Shown here piece after piece: positions 1 through 8,979 of a stretch of 18,980 nucleotides of DNA. The notes under the pieces were generated by a model, which saw nothing but the letters and a program-made list of their open reading frames with translations, did not search any database and was not told the origin of the DNA. Positions within the stretch are counted from its first letter, which is position 1, and every line of letters begins with the position of its first letter. Location: the NCBI GenBank assembly GCA_024704765.1, contig JAKMXF010000119.1:1-18980 (forward strand). The letters are read 5' to 3'. The stretch comes from Oopsacas minuta (lineage: Eukaryota > Animalia > Porifera). The translations under genes and the position numbers were made by a program.

Positions 1-131
1 TGTCCAGACTAATTGCCATCCATGGTCCAGAATTTGAATAGAGTGCCATTGCCTTAGTGTATAGAATGCTATGATCTAGCTAACAGTCCCAAAATATATC
101 CATTAGATAAATAGTACATCAATTAGGAATT

Positions 132-565
132 ATAAATATTAGAAAGAAGTGTTTTTAATGTTTCTATGCTGGGAATTCTTACATGATCAGAAAGAGAATT
201 CCACAAACGCGGGTTAGCACTTGAAAACGTACGTTCACTACACTTCTTCAACTTATCTCTAGGTTTACGTAGTAAATTTGTTTGTGTGGTAGACCTTAGA
301 CTGAGTACTTAAAGAAGTGTTATCAGTTGACTGAAGTATGTCGGATAAAGCCCATAAACTATTTTTAATGTGATGAGCAGTATTTTGTAGTCTACTCTAA
401 CTCTGACAGGTAACCAATGTAAATTTTTAAGTATTGGAGTTATGTGGTCTCACTTCTTCGCTCCAGAAATTAAACGAGCTGCAGCATTTTGTATACTCTA
501 GTATATTCAGTTCTTGTGATGTAGAGAATTACAGTAATCTATTCGACTGTAACCGTTGGCGTATA
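132..565 (-). mobile_element. Decayed L2/CR1-clade LINE, reverse transcriptase C-terminal fragment
   Basis: Minus-strand translation gives SRIDYCNSL...QNAAARLISGAKK*DHITPILKNLHWLPVRVRVDYKILL...RTFSSANPRLWNSL, the typical CR1/L2 ORF2 tail, with stops. Only the SRIDYCNSL..QNAAARL part survives in the duplicate (about 16629-16730). Confidence 0.85.
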
Positions 566-1442
566 GTTTAGGGGGGAAGGGGTTGAACTTGACTAAATAC
601 ATATATCGAATATGCCGAATCCGAATTTCATACTTTTGAATTAATCATATGAAATTTATTTGTTGTTTTATGAATATCAAATAAACAAATAGTTGAAATC
701 TTAAAATCGAGCTTCTAAGTGCCAAGTCCCATGCAAACATAAAGTGTTCGCAAGCGCGCAGCGGGAGCAAGCGATGCGGATCATTTCGATATAATAATTC
801 AATTTGATTATTCGACCTTTTTCAGTCCTAGAATCTATGAAAATGCATATTTGTAATCCTTTGTGTACAATTAAATACTTCGTTGGGATATTGCTGGGCC
901 TGGATATAACAACCACATTAAAGTAAATATACATATGAGTTTTATAATTTTCGCTCCCCTTGGAATTTCAAGAACTCTTGGCCCATCTGTAACTCAAGAA
1001 ATAGCCAACTTTTGTATTACAAGTTTTTCATATTTTGCATAATACTAACTATAGGTCATTTTATATATATTTTCACTTTGAGATGAAAGATTCCATATTT
1101 AACGTTCTACAAGGAATCTAAGAATGACATTCTTTACCAAATGCATATTCACTAGACACATCTTTTGACACATTCCTGAAATATGTTAACATATAATGGT
1201 TGCTCATGTATTACTCAACAAATATGCAACACATTTTTCGGGAAAAAATCGCCATTCTTGCTAGAGTTTGTTATATCGGCTAATGTATCAATTCTCAATA
1301 GTCCGAATTCCACAATTGCTGTTAGTTAATAAATTCTATATTTACAGCAGACTCCGCTTAACAGGGTTACATTGGGACCATTTTGACCCAATTAACCGAA
1401 ATATAGGTGTTGACGCGATTAACCGGTGCTCTAGTGTATAGT

Positions 1443-1449
1443 TATATAA
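1443..1449 (+). promoter_or_regulatory. Candidate TATA box upstream of gene A (also 17404-17410 for A3)
   Basis: TATATAA about 60 bp upstream of the ATG, conserved in the duplicate and absent upstream of A2. Weak evidence in AT-rich DNA. Confidence 0.25.
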
Positions 1450-1507
1450 TTATGTTTAGTAATCTAATTTCTTAATTTTCTTTGAAAAAGTTGATTTAAC
1501 AATTAGC

Positions 1508-2986
1508 ATGGGAACTACACAGTCTATTCCAGCACATAGAAGTTTTATACTTATTGGGGAATTGGCTAATGGTAAAAGCACTTTGGGAAATCTAATACTA
1601 GGAGGAGGAGTTAATGCTCCATTTGATATACATAAGATATACATGCCAGCCTGTCATACAAAACATACTCAAACATCAGAAACTACTATTAAATCTAGCT
1701 TGATATACGGTGACAAATTTCCAGAGGAAGACACTCGGATTCAAGTTGTTGATCAACCTGGCTTAGGTGATCCCAAATATAGTTTGGATAAATACAGCCA
1801 TTTCCTAATCAGATGCTTGAAGGAATCGAATGCTGAGATTTCTACAACATTCATAATTACCATCAAAATGAGTTTAATATATTTTACAGAAAAATCAGCT
1901 TCAGAACTGTTTGATTTAGCATATTTTATGTCAAAGTTTAACTACAACTTCTTCAGTAATGCTATTATTGTATTTACACACATTGATGAAATTCAACTGG
2001 GAGAGGGAATTGAATTGAATACTGACACATTGAATACAAAACTAATGGAAATCATGACTCGAAAAAGTTGGAAGCAATTATCCGAACTTCTACAGCGAGT
2101 TAATAACAGATATATGTTCGTAAATGCAATGAACAGAGAACCTGGTTATCGTGAAGAGATTCTACAGAAACTGTTTGAACTTTCTAAACCTGTTGTGAAG
2201 GCTACATTCCATGGAAGTACAGGCTTTACATGTGAAGACTTGCAGACACTATTCAAAGATAACAGCTGTGATATATCACATCCCAAATGTCACCTACAGT
2301 GTACTTTTTGTGATTTTCAATGCACACAGGACAATCCTAATTTGGAATCATTTATCTCTAGAGTAAGACAATTAACACACGGTATTTCTGTGATTGTACT
2401 CCTAATAAATCTTAATAATGATCTGAGCGAGCAGTCATTGAGGTTAATAACTGGATTGCCTGAATATTATAAGCTAGGAGGAGATGGAGAGAGTGAATTT
2501 TGGAAATACACATTTCTCTTGTTTAAGTTTGAAGCAGAACAGGAGGATCCAATTGGATATATTCATAAACAATGTGAGAGATACGGGTGTATCAGAGAAT
2601 TATATGAGAAATCTGGAAAGAGAGCTACATGGGTGACTGAGCATATGACACAAGATCAATGTATACACAAGATTCTAGAAATATCACAAATTATCAAGCA
2701 GAATAATGAAGGGAGAGAATACATAGATGTAGAGATAGTTAAGAAAATGGAGGAGAAGATAAATAAGTTGAGAGCCAAGCCTCCTCCAAAGGGTGCTGAT
2801 GCTCCAGTGTCCTATACAAAGATATTTGCATATGTTGCATTGAATGTGCTCGTATTAGGGGTATCAGCATCTATGGGGAATCCACAACCTATGACGAAAT
2901 ATTTGTATTCACCTCCTCCACCACCTCCGAGGAATATTGATGACAATGAATTCAAGGAATTCATCGAACATTTCAATAAAGATTAA
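1508..2986 (+). CDS. Gene A: AIG1/GIMAP-like GTPase with tandem degenerate AIG1 domain, N-myristoylation motif and C-terminal hydrophobic anchor (492 aa)
   Basis: MGTTQS (G2/S6); G1 GELANGKST; G3 DQPG; G4 FTHID; RYMFVN. A second domain after LSKPV has a dead P-loop (HGSTGFTC) but AIG1-like strands GISVIVLLI and FWKYTFLLF. Hydrophobic IFAYVALNVLVLGVSA at about aa 439-454; PPPPPP at aa 469-474. Confidence 0.85.
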   Translation: MGTTQSIPAHRSFILIGELANGKSTLGNLILGGGVNAPFDIHKIYMPACHTKHTQTSETTIKSSLIYGDKFPEEDTRIQVVDQPGLGDPKYSLDKYSHFLIRCLKESNAEISTTFIITIKMSLIYFTEKSASELFDLAYFMSKFNYNFFSNAIIVFTHIDEIQLGEGIELNTDTLNTKLMEIMTRKSWKQLSELLQRVNNRYMFVNAMNREPGYREEILQKLFELSKPVVKATFHGSTGFTCEDLQTLFKDNSCDISHPKCHLQCTFCDFQCTQDNPNLESFISRVRQLTHGISVIVLLINLNNDLSEQSLRLITGLPEYYKLGGDGESEFWKYTFLLFKFEAEQEDPIGYIHKQCERYGCIRELYEKSGKRATWVTEHMTQDQCIHKILEISQIIKQNNEGREYIDVEIVKKMEEKINKLRAKPPPKGADAPVSYTKIFAYVALNVLVLGVSASMGNPQPMTKYLYSPPPPPPRNIDDNEFKEFIEHFNKD

Positions 2987-3952
2987 TTATTTTACATATT
3001 TTTTCCCAATGTGCATTCATGAATTTTATTTTATATTATTTAGCCTAACAGGTATATTACTATTGACTAATAATTATTCCTTACTTGTAGTACTTGTGTA
3101 TAATCTGTCACTACACGGAAATGGGTATTATTACTTATATATTGAACATTTCTCTTAATGTAATTGTATTGAATATTATTCTCAATTAAGTTTTTAGGAA
3201 ACATTTCAAATTTTCTATGCTATCTAGTATTTTGTGTAAGTCTGAACTTAGTACATTTGGTGCGTTCATTCCATCGGTCGTTTATGACTTTATATTGTAT
3301 AATACTCACCAAACTATTTGTATATTTTTTCATATGAAGACATTTCCTGCCTTTTTAGGTCAAAATACTTTGATAGTGCTACACATTGATTACATAGTTT
3401 CTTTAGTTGGTGTTTGCTTTATTGAGTGTCGAGATTTTCCCAAATACTGTATTCATTTTACAGTAGTGTCGATGTTCCACAATTCGCTCCACGGCATTTT
3501 CACTATTTCAGAGGTATCCAGCGTTTCTATTCCTCAATGAGGTAGATTGCTTTGACAAACTACCTCACATTCGCATGATTTATCGGGAGATGCCGGTACA
3601 TCATCTATGTAAGATATACGTGGATAAACCGTCTCAGAGATGCCAATTCTATAGGCCTTTTGACTCTCATGGATAAATGTCAAAGAATTTGAGTGATCTC
3701 ACGATTGAATACTAAATTCTGATAAATTGTAGCCGTTCTCACAAGTACTCATGGATTCTTGAGATATCAGATTGGCATCTATATCTATCTATGTAGAATT
3801 GTAGATGTATCTCAGAATCTTCCGATAATAACATAGGGACTGATTTAATGGAATTCCATATATGAATTTGTGAAGTTGATTATCAATGAGTACCTATGTA
3901 TAGGGATTTACATGGCATTGTTATGATTGATCAGTTAGTACGAGTTTTCAAC

Positions 3953-3976
3953 GATTACATGATTACATGATTACAT
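3953..3976 (+). repeat. (GATTACAT)x3 tandem repeat
   Basis: Three perfect 8-mers. A reverse-complement partial copy TGTAATCATGTAATC lies at 6938-6952. Confidence 0.9.
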
Positions 3977-4261
3977 GAAAAGAAATAGTATTTATTGCTA
4001 ATTATCATATATAGCCCTCCAACATGTGGAATGTTTTTCAAAGTACAACTTTGAAATAGAAATACGTACACAATATCCATATCTACGGGAGGCCTAGTAA
4101 ATCTCCACTCCTACAACTCGAGGAGTCCCTAACATTATCTGATTTACGATATGTCTGGAACGAAATAGTTATAATTATAGTGGAACACTCGGTATATGTT
4201 TTTGAATTTATATCCAATTTCAGAATTTACCTTAGCATACAAGAATAGCTTTAAGGTTTAG

Positions 4262-5578
4262 ATGCAGGTAGATAGGAACTTAATATTAATCGGGGCTGTA
4301 AACTGTGGTAAGAGTGTCCTTACAGATTTTATAATCGGACAAGAAGAAGTGAGAAGTATTGGAGGTAGAGAAGTGACAATTTTGTCTCAAGGCAAACCAA
4401 GTTCTATTCTAAGAATATTTGAAACTACTCCAGAGAATAGAAAAGATGTTTGTTTAGAAATTGTGAGAAATCAAACAGTTGATACTTGTTTTGTTGTTGT
4501 TATTGATGTGACTAAAAGTGATGAGTTTGTAAACGAGTTAGTCAGATTGAAGGAATTGTCTGAGCAGTTAGCTGAGTGGTCTTATTCGTTGTTTGGTAAT
4601 TGTTTTGTTGTATTTACTCATATTGATGAGTTGGTTGATGGAGTTGATAAGCAACAGTTTGTAGACAGAGAATTCGGAGATATATTATGTCTAGTGGATA
4701 GGAGATGTGTATTCATTAACTCTACTCTTAGGACACAGGAGAATAGGAATAGGTTGTTAGATGAATTGATACATCTGTCTAAACCTGTTTTGAAGATTCT
4801 TTGTTATGGAGACATTCAATTTCCTGGCGAAATGATACAACAAATTATTGAAATTCCTGACAATTCCTCACTCCTGGAAGAATTAGGACTGCGTCTCTAT
4901 TTTCATCCAGACCTAAGTAAGGGTGATAAATATCGCGAGTTTGTGTTAGAGCCACAGGTATCAAGCATAATTGGACTGCCTGATGAGGTCGGTAGAGGAG
5001 TTACTGTTATCGTTATTCTTGTTACGTTGACTGAAGCATACTGTAAAGATTATGAAATTTTGATTAATCGCTTACCAAGTACACATGGATTAGATGTAAA
5101 CTCTGAGAAATACTTTTGGGACAGGGTGGTTGTTCTCTTCCGAATAATCGGAGGAGACTTCAAGGAAATTTTCGAACACACAATTCATAATAATCCTGCA
5201 GTCATGGCCCTGATGATACGAACAGGTTGGAGGTATACTCACATATCCCCTATCGTCCGCGACAATGAATTTCTTCAAAAATTCATTCCATTATGTCAAC
5301 AGGTTAAAAGAGAAAATAATTTCAGACAGTTTATTGGAGGGAAAAATATCATAGAAAGAGCAACACGAGATATTTCATTGAGAAAGAAGGAATCATCAAT
5401 AGTGAGTAGGATATACAAATTTGTGTGTACACATCCAAGAAAGATATTTACTACACTACTTGCCTTGGGAATACTTCCATTCGTATACAGGTTAGCTTAT
5501 GGATCAGCAAAGATGCTCTTCAAACGGTTAGTAATACGCAATTTCATGAACCCAGCAGTTAATTTCAATTATTGTTGA
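4262..5578 (+). CDS. Gene B: divergent tandem AIG1/GIMAP-like protein, probable pseudo-GTPase with C-terminal hydrophobic segment (438 aa)
   Basis: G1 GAVNCGKS; G3 position reads IFETTPE (no DxxG); G4 FTHID; RRCVFIN; the same LSKPV junction as gene A. Second domain GVTVIVILV / YFWDRVVVLF / GWRYTHI parallels gene A. Hydrophobic IFTTLLALGILPFVY at about aa 395-409. Confidence 0.8.
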   Translation: MQVDRNLILIGAVNCGKSVLTDFIIGQEEVRSIGGREVTILSQGKPSSILRIFETTPENRKDVCLEIVRNQTVDTCFVVVIDVTKSDEFVNELVRLKELSEQLAEWSYSLFGNCFVVFTHIDELVDGVDKQQFVDREFGDILCLVDRRCVFINSTLRTQENRNRLLDELIHLSKPVLKILCYGDIQFPGEMIQQIIEIPDNSSLLEELGLRLYFHPDLSKGDKYREFVLEPQVSSIIGLPDEVGRGVTVIVILVTLTEAYCKDYEILINRLPSTHGLDVNSEKYFWDRVVVLFRIIGGDFKEIFEHTIHNNPAVMALMIRTGWRYTHISPIVRDNEFLQKFIPLCQQVKRENNFRQFIGGKNIIERATRDISLRKKESSIVSRIYKFVCTHPRKIFTTLLALGILPFVYRLAYGSAKMLFKRLVIRNFMNPAVNFNYC

Positions 5579-5863
5579 TTTCAATTTACGCATGTTACTT
5601 TGTTTATTTGTAATCATGGAAAGATAGGGATTGGCAACTCCCGGCCGCGGAAATCGTTAGAAACGTGCTTGCTGTAACTGTAGACATGGCCTACTAAAAT
5701 ACAGCTATACATGCTGGCAACTCAATAAAAACATATCAGTTCATTTTAATAATTCTCATAAATGAAAATTTAGTCCTCTAATGTTTGCGAATAGAACTTT
5801 TTGGGTAAAATATGTCCAGTCGACAGACTGGTAGTGCAGCTCGGTGTTATTGGTTTGTATTTT

Positions 5864-5971
5864 CAGGTAATGAAGGCTAAAGAACTTCAAGTTGAGAATA
5901 GAAGTATTCGTGCATACCATTCAACTGCGAATGGATTGGTCGAAGCTCACAGTAAGATTCTCAAAATGTGA
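5864..5971 (+). mobile_element. Short relic of an LTR-retrotransposon-type integrase core
   Basis: Translates to QVMKAKELQVENRSIRAYHSTANGLVEAHSKILKM*, resembling the AYHPxxNGLVER motif. Nothing else from the element is recognisable. Confidence 0.45.
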
Positions 5972-6809
5972 GGTTCCAATTATCATATTTATCTCTCTAA
6001 TAATGTTTATGTAATGTGGCTCTCACAATTAAGGATAAGTAGATCTATTCCAGTTAAGTCAGTAGTAAGGGTTATTTGCGCTATCTGTTGGGGCAATCTC
6101 AGTTTTTGCATATTACATGTAAGCGAGAGGACTAGTATCTGGCAAGCTCTGGCCCTGGAACTTGGGTTTGGTAATTCGAATTTTGGTTAGACACAATAAA
6201 ATGTATTATTGTCGTATAGGAAGTTATAGTTAGTGAGTCAATTAGTCATATTATTTTTTCCAAATATTTGTGGAATGTGAGTTATGTGGTTTTCACACCT
6301 TTTCCCACTGTTGTACTATAGTTTACATCTCGTCATTATTTCTAGCTCGATATATGAAATGTATTATCGTTGAATACAAATTCACATACGTATAGTGAAT
6401 CTGTGGGTTATGTTTGTTCACCCATAGCAATCTATACACTAGCCAATGGCGCAGGCTATTTTGTAGGACCAGAGATTGGTTAAACCAGTTAGGAATTATG
6501 CTGGAGGCCATGGCTGAAGTATATATTTCAGAAACAATGCACTTTGGGCCGAATGAATGCATTAGATACATAAAATAAAATTTTTCTCAATATTTGCCAA
6601 TTTATCCGCCAAATTATTGCTTACTAAGAAATATATTGTATTAGTTGTAAGTTGTAGGGGGCAATCTGATCAGCTCATGTGAGTCATGTCAGATAAGCTG
6701 CTCTCCCAAAGAGTTTCGAACTTGGCTATCAAATTCCTTGTCCAGTTTTTGTTTATTATATTATGTATTCACTATTTTTGCAATTTTTAACTTGTTTAAT
6801 ATGCGATTA

Positions 6810-6934
6810 CAGTGTAACCTCGATTATCCGGATATGGCCCCTGGTCCCAGGTCCTATTCCACTGGGCATAAACGTCCTCGATTGCTCGGAGGTTTTAACA
6901 CTCCCAACGAGTCAGGATAATCGAGGTTGCACTG
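6810..6934. mobile_element. 125-bp Tc1/mariner(pogo)-type MITE
   Basis: TIRs CAGTGTAACCTCGATTATCC / GGATAATCGAGGTTGCACTG (19/20 match). TA on both sides (6808-6809, 6935-6936). Confidence 0.9.
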
Positions 6935-6974
6935 TACTGTAATCATGTAATCAAAAGTTGATTTAACAATTAGC

Positions 6975-8174
6975 ATGGGAACTACACAGTCTATTCCAGC
7001 AAATAGAAGTTTTGTACTTATTGGGAAATTAGCTAATGGTAAAAGCACTTTGGGAAATCTAATACTAGGAGGAGGAGTTAATACTCCATTTGATATACAT
7101 AAGACATACATGCCAGCCTGTCATACAAAACATACTCAAACATCAGAAACTACTATTAAATCTAGCTTGATATACGGTGACAAATTTCCAGAGGAAGACA
7201 CTCGGATTCAAGTTGTTGATCAACCTGGCTTAGGTGATCCCAAATATAGTTTGGATAAATACAGCCATTTCCTAATCAGATGCTTGAAGGAATCGAATGC
7301 TGAGATTTCTACAACATTCATAATTACCATCAAAATGAGTTCCATGTATTTTACAGAAAAATCAGCTTCAGAACTGTTTGATTTAGCATATTTTATGTCA
7401 AAGTTTAACTACAACTTCTTCAGTAATGCTATTATTGTATTTACACACATTGATGAAATTCAACTGGGAGAGGGAATTGAATTGAATACTGACACATTGA
7501 ATACAAAACTAATGGAAATCATGACTCGAAAAAGTTGGAAGCAATTATCCGAACTTCTACAGCGAGTTAATAACAGATATATGTTCGTAAATGCAATGAA
7601 CAGAGAACCTGGTTATCGTGAAGAGATTCTACAGAAACTGTTTGAACTTTCTAAACCTGTTGTGAAGGCTACATTCCATGGAAGTACAGGCTTTACATGT
7701 GAAGACTTACAGACACTATTCAAAGATAACAGCTGTGATATATCACATCCCAAATGTCACCTACAGTGTACTTTTTGTGATTTTCAATGCACACAGGACA
7801 ATCCTAATTTGGAATCATTTGTCTCTAGAGTAAGACAATTAACACACGGTATTTCTGTGATTGTACTCCTAATAAATCTTAATAATGATCAGAGCGAGCA
7901 GTCATTGAGGTTAATAACTGGATTGCCTGAATATTATAAGCTAGGAGGAGATGGAGAGAGTGAATTTTGGAAATACACATTTCTCTTGTTCAAGTTTGAA
8001 GTAGAACAGGAGGATCCAATTGGATATATTCATAAACAATGTGAGAGATACGGGTGTATCAGAGAATTATATGAGAAATCTGGAAAGAGAGCTACATGGG
8101 TGACTGAACACATGACACGAGATCAATGTATACACAAGATTCTAGAAATATCACAAATTATTAAGCAGGAATAA
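6975..8174 (+). CDS. Copy A2: AIG1/GIMAP-like GTPase, truncated at 399 aa by a +1 frameshift; restored frame runs to 8370
   Basis: About 11 aa differences from gene A over 399 aa. An extra G at 8168-8169 (AAGCAGGAATAA versus AAGCAGAATAAT) creates TAA 8172-8174. Removing it gives NNEGRECIDIEIV...SYTKILTNIALGVFFYYIFCQICSCYRPN* ending at 8370. Confidence 0.8.
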   Translation: MGTTQSIPANRSFVLIGKLANGKSTLGNLILGGGVNTPFDIHKTYMPACHTKHTQTSETTIKSSLIYGDKFPEEDTRIQVVDQPGLGDPKYSLDKYSHFLIRCLKESNAEISTTFIITIKMSSMYFTEKSASELFDLAYFMSKFNYNFFSNAIIVFTHIDEIQLGEGIELNTDTLNTKLMEIMTRKSWKQLSELLQRVNNRYMFVNAMNREPGYREEILQKLFELSKPVVKATFHGSTGFTCEDLQTLFKDNSCDISHPKCHLQCTFCDFQCTQDNPNLESFVSRVRQLTHGISVIVLLINLNNDQSEQSLRLITGLPEYYKLGGDGESEFWKYTFLLFKFEVEQEDPIGYIHKQCERYGCIRELYEKSGKRATWVTEHMTRDQCIHKILEISQIIKQE

Positions 8175-8979
8175 TGAAGGGAGAGAATGCATAGATATAG
8201 AAATTGTTACGAAGATGGAGGATAAGATTAGTGAGTTAAGAGCCAAACATCCTCCAAAGGGTGCTGATGCTCCAGGCATGTCCTATACAAAGATATTGAC
8301 AAATATTGCATTAGGCGTATTTTTTTATTACATTTTTTGTCAAATATGCAGTTGTTACCGACCAAATTGAATATTTGGCAGTGCCAAATTGAGCAAGGTT
8401 ATTCTTATACAAAATTTGAAATTAAATGTTATGGTTTACTAACTAACATATTTTGAAAATTTCAAAGGTATGTTTTATGGTCTGCTAAAATAAATGATGT
8501 TGTATCTAGATTAAGAAATAATGTAGTACACGTATGTCTAGAAACTCTATAAATTTTCATGAATTAGTTGGCCAGTTGATTAAAATGGTAGATAGCTAGT
8601 TGATTGAGGTGGTTTTTACATTACTATCTGTTCTCGCATACGATAAAGTGTCTGTGACACCTCGAGTTGCATTTAACTTGCTTTCGTTTGCACTAGCAAG
8701 TCTTGGTCCGGCAGTTATCTTGCATTGACATGAGACGCACGGTGTAACCCCTGCCTCTACAGTGTTCAATCCAGGATTTACTTTTGGAGGAAGGTTGTCA
8801 TTATGGGCTACGCTATAGATCTCTGACTATTCTTTCGTTGTATTTATCCCATGCAAATATTTTGTGTAATTAAGATACTTCTTACTTATAAACAATCATA
8901 ATTTCAATATGAATATTTTAGGAAAATCTGTGTTAATTAACAATCCACAAGATTTAAGCTTGAACCTCACAATACTATT

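Larger units (their letters stand above)
1..3897 (+). repeat. Segmental duplication, copy 1 (partner 16493-18980)
   Basis: Colinear near-identical blocks: 1-134/16493-16626, 462-746/16629-16913, 961-2194/16914-18143, 3458-3510/18144-18196, 3511-3897/18595-18980. Both window edges fall inside the repeat. Confidence 0.95.

Noticed and set aside
571-582. GGGGGGAAGGGG as an LTR polypurine tract
   Set aside because: No TG...CA LTR pair or PBS was found.
701-934. 77-aa minus-strand ORF and similar short ORFs (1456-1644, 2937-3158, 3217-3540, 5090-5278, 6323-6571, 6738-6920, 6854-7111, 9858-10052, 10527-10769, 11230-11487, 13473-13655, 15342-15536, 15812-16000, 18100-18760)
   Set aside because: No recognisable motifs. 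They are shadows of real genes or TEs, or are broken in the duplicate copy.
1366-1440. piggyBac-like (CAGGGTTA, GGGACCATTTTGACCC) or Helitron-like (short hairpin + CTAGT) terminus
   Set aside because: No matching opposite end or TTAA TSD, and the hairpin is very weak.
3470-3500. VERIV(E/G)HR as a chromodomain fragment (minus strand)
   Set aside because: The downstream YLVKW-type motif is absent.
3953-3976. CRISPR-like or prokaryotic features
   Set aside because: There is no repeat-spacer array. The spliceosomal intron and the LINE, hAT and P elements indicate a eukaryotic genome.
5625-5723. TAGGGATTGGCAAC / CATGGCCTACT with a 9-bp TGGCAACTC direct repeat, as a transposon end
   Set aside because: It resembles DNA-transposon termini, but no partner TIR or TSD occurs in the window.
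6279-6300. GAGTTATGTGGT 12-mer shared with 438-449
   Set aside because: A single 12-mer match is expected by chance in 19 kb.
6975-8105. Positive selection between A and A2
   Set aside because: About 11 non-synonymous versus 3 synonymous changes by eye is close to the neutral ratio and too few to test.
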